Shown piece by piece: positions 57,794 through 64,000 of a DNA stretch of 64,000 nt. This DNA comes from Promethearchaeati archaeon (lineage in GTDB: Archaea; Asgardarchaeota; Heimdallarchaeia; Heimdallarchaeales; Heimdallarchaeaceae), in contig JABLTJ010000010.1 in assembly GCA_013166775.1 (NCBI GenBank), positions 32,746 to 96,745 on the forward strand, written 5' to 3'. The translations under genes and the position numbers were made by a program. Under the pieces are notes generated by a model that saw only the letters and a list, made by a program, of their open reading frames with translations, did no database searches and was not told the DNA's origin. Numbering within the stretch: position 1 is the first letter of the stretch; the number at the start of each line of letters is the position of its first letter.

Positions 57794-59178
57794 TTATATC
57801 CTCTTTTTAGGATTTAGAACATCTTCTATTTCTATATCTAAATCCATCTCTTCCACAATCTTCTTTATTGTTTTTCCTGTTCTATACGCTTCTTTTGCAA
57901 TTTCAGAAGCTTTATCATATCCAATTATTTTGGAAAGATTTGTAACTACCATAAGGTTTTGTTCAAGGAGCTGTTCTATTCTTTCTTTATTTGGTTTCAA
58001 TCCAATCAAACAAAATTCACTAAAGGAATTGATAGCATTTGTTAAGAGTTCTATGCTTTCAAGAAGACTAACGATCATAATCGGTTTCGCAACATTTAGA
58101 TCCATAACATTTCCATATCCCTCAGCCATGGTGATTACTGAATCATTACCAATTACCTGTATGCAAACTTGAATTAACATTTCTGCTTGAGTTTGGTTAA
58201 TCTTTCCGGGCATTATCGAAGATCCAGGCTCGTTTTCTGGTAGTATTAATTCCCCTAAACCTGCTTTGGGACCGCTTCCCATCCATCTAATATCATTTGC
58301 CATATTCATAAGAGATAATGCAAGTAGTTTTAGAATCCCACTAATTTTGACAATTACATTGTGGGAAGAGATTCCTTCTGCTTGAACTGGATTACGTGTG
58401 AAAGAAAATCCAGTAATTTTCGAAAGCTGATTGATTGCTAGCTCTGAAAAATTCTTGGGAGCATTAATACCGGTACCTACAGCTGTCCCACCAAGTGAAA
58501 TGTTGAGTAGTTCTTCGAAAGAATCGATTATTCTTTTTTCAGATACCTCAAGCTGTTTTTTATAGACTTCAAATTCCAAGGATAGAGGAATTGGTACCGC
58601 ATCTTGAAGATGTGTTCTACTTACCTTTATGATATCTTTGAATTCATCTATTTTAAAGGTTAAAACAAGTATGGTATTCTTGATTGCAGGTAGTATGTCT
58701 TTTTGAAGATTATGAATAGTTGTTAGATGCATGGTAGTAGGAATAACATCATTAGATGATTGACTTTTGTTTCATGGTCATTTGGATGAACAGGTTTTTT
58801 TTCTCCTTTCTTATGACCTAACTTTTCATTTGTTATGTTTGCTATTACTTCGTTCATATTCATATTTGTTTGAGTTCCTGATCCTGACTGAAACATATCA
58901 AGAGGGAATTGATCAAGAAACTTGTTCTCTAAAATTATTTCATCTAAAGTTTCAAGCATACTCTCTCCTAGTTTTTGTTCTACCAGCTTCAATTCTATAT
59001 TTGCTAACAAACATGCTTTCTTTACTGATGCTAATGAATGAATAAAAGAATAAGGGAAGGTTTTTCCACTTATTTGAAAATTGTTTATAGCTCTTTGAGT
59101 GTTAATACCCCAATAAACATCATCAGGAATCTCTAATCCTCCTAGGATGTCTTTCTCCTTTCGAGTATTATTTTTCAT
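57794..59178 (-). pseudogene. fumC: class II fumarate hydratase with a 1-nt frameshift near 58772
   Basis: [28 protein letters not shown] in the first frame; [[12 protein letters not shown]]MH, RTHLQDA, GSSIMPGKIN in the second. Confidence 0.9.
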
Positions 59179-59941
59179 CTTCCATCCACTTATCTCTTAT
59201 GTGTTTAATTGCTGTTCCTGGTCTTACTCCCTTTGGACATACTCTATTACACACAAAATATTGCTTGCATGCTGGAACTGCGTCGTCTTTTGAAACTCTT
59301 TCCAGTATTGCATTCCTAGGTTTAGAAGTTACTCTTGAATCTGAAATGAATCTAAATGATTTTGCTAATTGTGCAGGACCTAAGTAGTGCTCATTCTTAG
59401 CATTAATTGGACATGACCAACAAAGACCGCAAAGAATACAATAAACTAAATGCTCAATTGCATTAATTTCCTTTATTTTCTGTTTCTTCTCAGGTTGGTT
59501 TTCTTTCCATTTCTTCGTGAAAAAAGGTCTAATTTCCTTATAGAATCTCCAGAAAGGTTTCATATCTACTACTAAATCTTTTCTATTTTTCATGTTGGGT
59601 AAAGGTTCAATTAAAATTTCGTTTTCTTTCTTCCATTCAGGATTTTTACCAAAATCAAATTTAGGGAGTTTAGGCGGTTTTTTTGTTGTTTTAACTGAAG
59701 AAACCTGTGTTCTGCAAGCTAACATGGGAACCTGATCAATTGTCATCGAACAAGAACCACAAATTGCTCCTCTGCAGGAATATCTAAAAGCAAGTGACGA
59801 ATCAAGATGATCTTGAATATAGAAAAGAGCATCAAGAACTGACATACCTTTTGTAACAGGTATTTCAAACCTTTCATATCTAGGTTCTTTATCATCAGGA
59901 CTTTTTCTATAGATCAGAAAAGTTTGCATATCCGCCATCAA
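59168..59941 (-). CDS. sdhB: succinate dehydrogenase/fumarate reductase Fe-S subunit
   Basis: [23 protein letters not shown]....C.RVCPKG. Confidence 0.92.
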   Translation of the reverse strand: MMADMQTFLIYRKSPDDKEPRYERFEIPVTKGMSVLDALFYIQDHLDSSLAFRYSCRGAICGSCSMTIDQVPMLACRTQVSSVKTTKKPPKLPKFDFGKNPEWKKENEILIEPLPNMKNRKDLVVDMKPFWRFYKEIRPFFTKKWKENQPEKKQKIKEINAIEHLVYCILCGLCWSCPINAKNEHYLGPAQLAKSFRFISDSRVTSKPRNAILERVSKDDAVPACKQYFVCNRVCPKGVRPGTAIKHIRDKWMEDEK

Positions 59942-61704
59942 TAAACACGCTCCTTTATTTCAAACATACCTGTTTTCACAGACTTAGTTTCGAGTTTTAA
60001 TCCATCCTTTGTTCTAAAGACCAAGGAATGAACAAGAAAATCTTTATCATTTCTCCTAGTATAATCCAAAGAGTAATGAGCTCCACGACTTTCTTTTCTC
60101 CACAATGCTGCATAAGTTGTGACCTCTCCTATATCCAGCATATTTCTTAGCTCCAGTGTTCTTATCAATCCATAATTGAATTGTCGTTTCTTTGTTTCTA
60201 TATGAACTTCATTAAATTCCTCTTGTAGTTTGATTATAGATTTATACGCATCCTCAAGTTCCTTTCTTTTACGATAAACTCCTACTTTTGAGTCTAATAT
60301 ATCTCCCATTTCTTCTCTAATGACAGCTGGTGTTTTTCCTTGGTTACTGTGCCATTGTGAAAAAAGGAGTTCAGTTTCTTCAATAATTTGAATTTCAGCT
60401 TTTCTCAAATCATCAGATTCAAGAATAACTTGTTTACCCTTTTCTAGTAGCATCTTGGCTACAAATCGACCGAAAACAGCTGTTTCCAGTAATGAATTTC
60501 CTCCTAGTCTGTTCGCTCCATGAACAGAAATACAAGATGTTTCTCCGATAGCATAAAGACCTTGAAGGGGTGTTTCACAGAAATCACCATCTATTTTTGA
60601 AGCTATTCCTCCCATTGAGTAATGTTGTGCTGGTTGAACTGGAATTGGTTCTTCAATAGGATCAAGTCCAGCAAAATAAATGCAAATCTCTCTTATACCG
60701 GGCAGTCTTTCCTTAATTCTTTCGGCTCCAAGATGAGTCAGATCAAGATGAACATATCCTCCTTCAAATCCTCTCCCTTCTCTAACCTCTCTTTCAATCG
60801 CGCGTGCTACTATGTCTCTGGGTGCAAGCTCTTCTGCAGAAGGTGCAACTTTACTCATAAATCTTTCATGATTTTTGTTAAAAAGTAAACCACCCTCACC
60901 CCTAGCACCTTCTGTGATGAGTATGTTGCTACCATAAAGAGTTGTTGGGTGGAATTGAACAAATTCACAGTCTTGCATAGGAACACCAGCTCTGAAAGCT
61001 GCTCCAACACCATCTCCTGTATTAATGATTGCGTTGGTAGATCTTTTATATATTCGACCAAAACCACCAGTTGCAAGTACAACATAAGGGGTTCTGAAGA
61101 CTACTAATCGTCCTATAGCTATGTCAATAGTTAGAATTCCAGTAATTCTTCCCTCAACCTTAATTAAATCAATCAGGAAATGTTCATCAAAGAATTTAAC
61201 TCCTTCACGAATGCACTGCTCATACATTGTATTAAGAAGCGAATGCCCTGTTCTATCTCCAGCATAACAAGTTCGTGGAAAACCTGCACCTCCGAAAGGC
61301 CGCTGAGCAATTAATCCTGACTTTAGTCGTGAAAATGGTGCTCCCATACTTTCTAATTCTACAACGATTTTAGGGGCTTCTTTACACATAAAATAAGCAG
61401 CATCTTGGTCTGCTAAAAAATCTGAACCATAAATTGTATCATATGCATGTTTTTCTGGAGAATCATCTTTTCCCTCTTCTGTATTTCCTAGTGCTGCATT
61501 AATACCTCCTTGTGCAGCACCAGAGTGAGAACGAACAGGATGTACTTTACTAATTACTGCGACCTTCCATTTAGTAGAAAGCTCAAGTGCTGCCCTTAAA
61601 CCACTTAATCCCGCTCCAACAATAACAGCATCAAATTCTTCTTTTTTCAATTTTAAATCCCTTGTACCTAATATAAATCTAGGTTTTTTGGTATTATATA
61701 ACAT
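59938..61704 (-). CDS. sdhA: succinate dehydrogenase/fumarate reductase flavoprotein
   Basis: [51 protein letters not shown]; likely start at TTG 61650. Confidence 0.95.
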   Translation of the reverse strand: MLYNTKKPRFILGTRDLKLKKEEFDAVIVGAGLSGLRAALELSTKWKVAVISKVHPVRSHSGAAQGGINAALGNTEEGKDDSPEKHAYDTIYGSDFLADQDAAYFMCKEAPKIVVELESMGAPFSRLKSGLIAQRPFGGAGFPRTCYAGDRTGHSLLNTMYEQCIREGVKFFDEHFLIDLIKVEGRITGILTIDIAIGRLVVFRTPYVVLATGGFGRIYKRSTNAIINTGDGVGAAFRAGVPMQDCEFVQFHPTTLYGSNILITEGARGEGGLLFNKNHERFMSKVAPSAEELAPRDIVARAIEREVREGRGFEGGYVHLDLTHLGAERIKERLPGIREICIYFAGLDPIEEPIPVQPAQHYSMGGIASKIDGDFCETPLQGLYAIGETSCISVHGANRLGGNSLLETAVFGRFVAKMLLEKGKQVILESDDLRKAEIQIIEETELLFSQWHSNQGKTPAVIREEMGDILDSKVGVYRKRKELEDAYKSIIKLQEEFNEVHIETKKRQFNYGLIRTLELRNMLDIGEVTTYAALWRKESRGAHYSLDYTRRNDKDFLVHSLVFRTKDGLKLETKSVKTGMFEIKERVY

Positions 61705-61795
61705 TACCTTTCTATAAAATTTACTTTTCAGTTTCAGATTTCAAGAGAATTAACAGAAATATTCAAATATACGTTTAGAAAGCTTCTATCTTGAA

Positions 61796-62272
61796 ATGAT
61801 TGAGAATAAAACACGAGTTATTAGGAATTGTATTGCAATCATTCTTGCTGGGGGGAGTATATTTGGGGGAATTTATTTAACTGTCAAAATTCTTGAGTGG
61901 GGTATTCTAACACAACCTGGTTTAGGTTCTCTAATTCTATTTCCTTCTGTAATCGCGTTTTCAATCGTTGGAGCAATAATAGGTGGAATTGCCTATTTTG
62001 AAGATGTTAATAGTTTGACATGGAGTTTTGTTGTAATTATAGTTACCTTTGGTTTTGTATTTCCAATAGTTGTTTTAATTATGGTTTTCAGAGAAATATT
62101 GCCTGAGATATCTTTAGTTAGCTTGGCTTTACTTCCTCTGTCATGGGGAGCTGGTTATGTAGTAGTTAAGAGTTCGAATTATTTCTCATTTAACTATGGT
62201 CATGATCCAAAAAAGGTTCAAAAACGACTTGAATATTTGACAAGAACAGTAGAAAGTAAAAAAACAGATTGA
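61796..62272 (+). CDS. hypothetical membrane protein (4 TM)
   Basis: 158 aa with four hydrophobic segments. Confidence 0.65.
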   Translation: MIENKTRVIRNCIAIILAGGSIFGGIYLTVKILEWGILTQPGLGSLILFPSVIAFSIVGAIIGGIAYFEDVNSLTWSFVVIIVTFGFVFPIVVLIMVFREILPEISLVSLALLPLSWGAGYVVVKSSNYFSFNYGHDPKKVQKRLEYLTRTVESKKTD

Positions 62273-62524
62273 AAATATATTCTAAAAATCACTCATAAGA
62301 TTAACAATCATTAAGAAGATTTTTTCTAGATACAGTTTTAAGTTACTAAGTAGGATTTTTTCCAAAAATAATGATCAATTTAATTGAGATATCAAAAAAT
62401 TAGAAATTAACGTCTAGAACATTTTTAATAGGAAATGTTAATATTAGTGTAAATCTAAATTATAATTTAGAAATATTGTCGGGGAACTGGGCAACTTTCA
62501 ACCAATTTAGGGGGTAAACAGAAA

Positions 62525-64000
62525 GTGGTCGAAACTAAGAATAATAATCGTAAGACAGCAGAAGAAATCGTAGATAATATTCAAAATTTAGTCAAACAAG
62601 CATCGCTCAATAGAATAAAGGGGGTATTAGAGAGCTATGTAGAGGAATGGGGAATAAAAGCTGATGTGGTGATCCCAACAAGGATTTCTTTTCCGAAACC
62701 GATCTTTCTCTATTTGGAAGAGATGGAAGAAATACCAATGGAGATCTTTGAATGGTTAAATGATTTCAGTAAGTATTATGACATGAAATACATTAATATG
62801 AAAGGGAAACTGTTTGCTTTCTATTTATACAAGGATTTTGATCTTAGAAAAGAAATAAATGACGAAGAAATTTCGCTCTATGAAGTTTATGAAAAAGAAA
62901 AGAAATCAATTATTGAAAAAGAGGATCTTAAAGAAGAAAGTGTATACAATTACAAAATAAGGAAAGGACTTATTCCATTGAAAGAGAAAGCGGAGAAATT
63001 TGAAGAATTTTTGAAGACAATCTACTCACAGAAAGACCAAAGTATGTAAGTGATATCGAGTATGAGAATCTATTTGTGAAACCTTTAGCAGAAAAGCATT
63101 TTAAGGCGTTTATTTATGAAAACTGGTTATATGATTTAAGTTATAGAAAAATGACTTATGGAGTTGAAATACTTGAAGGTGGATATATTAGAATTTTAGA
63201 AGATCCTATAGATTCTAATAGAGCATATCTGAAACGAAGTATAGAAGTAACTTTTCAAACTGGTCCAGACGATATAAATCCAAAACAAATCGAAATCTTG
63301 CACGAATTACTTGTTCCTCAAATAGATAGTGAAGGATTCTTATCTTATCCAAAGAGTTGGTCATCATTACCACAGAATTATGAGAGTTGGGTAAAGAGTA
63401 TCTTTGAAGATATATGGGATTGCGATGAGATGAAAAAACTAAAATTATTTGCATGTAAGATGACTGATCCAAATGTGAATGAACTCTATAAACGACAATT
63501 ACAACAAAGAGCTTATCATATTGTCATAGGTAAATTAATAGAAGGAGGACACATTAAGGAAATAAGTGACGCAACATACAAACATTCAGTATTACTCACA
63601 CATGTAAATCTGATGAGTTATAAGATATCAGGAGAAAAACTTGATTCCTTTATAGAAGAAACCCTTTGGAGAATTTCTTCAAGAAATTATGATGAAATAA
63701 CTTTGAATACTATACCAGAATTCCTAGACACAATAGAAATAATGGAAGCTAAAAAACCAAGACGTTTAAAAGATAAATTAACTTCCTGGATTAGTGATAG
63801 AGCGTTTGACGTAGCAATTGCAGATTTTGCAGAGGAGGATAAGGAAATATTTAGATATATAAAAGATTTTGTTGAAACTTATGGTAATTTGGGTTACTTA
63901 CATTATGTAGATGACATTCCCGACATAAATCTTGAAATTCTAAAAGATTGGTTAAGTATTATACTGCAAAACAGAAAAAGCTTAGTAAAAGATTCAACCC
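62525..64000 (+). pseudogene. large hypothetical protein, frameshifted at a T5 run (~63008-63012), 3'-partial
   Basis: ORF 62525..63049 overlaps a second frame open from 63004 to the window end (FEDNLLTERPKYVSDIEYENLF...); one extra T would fuse them. Confidence 0.55.

Noticed and set aside
61796-62272. 4-TM protein as the missing Sdh anchor
   Set aside because: Divergently transcribed, and no heme-ligand His in its TM segments.
1-64000. tRNA, rRNA, IS or prophage elements
   Set aside because: No GC-rich structured RNA stretch, transposase, integrase or terminal inverted repeats recognised by eye; a tRNAscan/Infernal run would be needed to exclude small RNAs.

Overview
AT-rich (roughly 30% GC by eye), gene-dense archaeal chromosome segment. 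The gene content points to an Asgard archaeon, probably Heimdallarchaeia-like (inference): a Rab-like small GTPase, several longin/roadblock-type proteins, OST5/TMEM258-like and CCDC47-like proteins, short archaeal purA, a COG1202-type helicase and four-subunit porCDAB. The most striking element is at 13.5-23.5 kb. Two paralogous ~1190-aa single-pass surface proteins, rich in N-glycosylation sequons, carry a cytoplasmic longin-like + winged-helix tail. Each is followed by a separate gene encoding only that tail, suggesting a receptor/soluble-partner signalling module. Three tandem Acyl_transf_3 genes are transcribed divergently from it. Other eukaryote-like candidates are a TM-TPR / GIFT(IFT52-like) / triple-longin gene string, an NPRL2-like uDENN-wHTH protein, a tentative CENP-N-like protein near a Cren7-like Zn protein, and a class II CCA-adding enzyme. 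At least six genes are interrupted by in-frame stops or frameshifts. No rRNA, tRNA, CRISPR array or transposase was recognised. All family assignments are by-eye motif recognition, not database searches.
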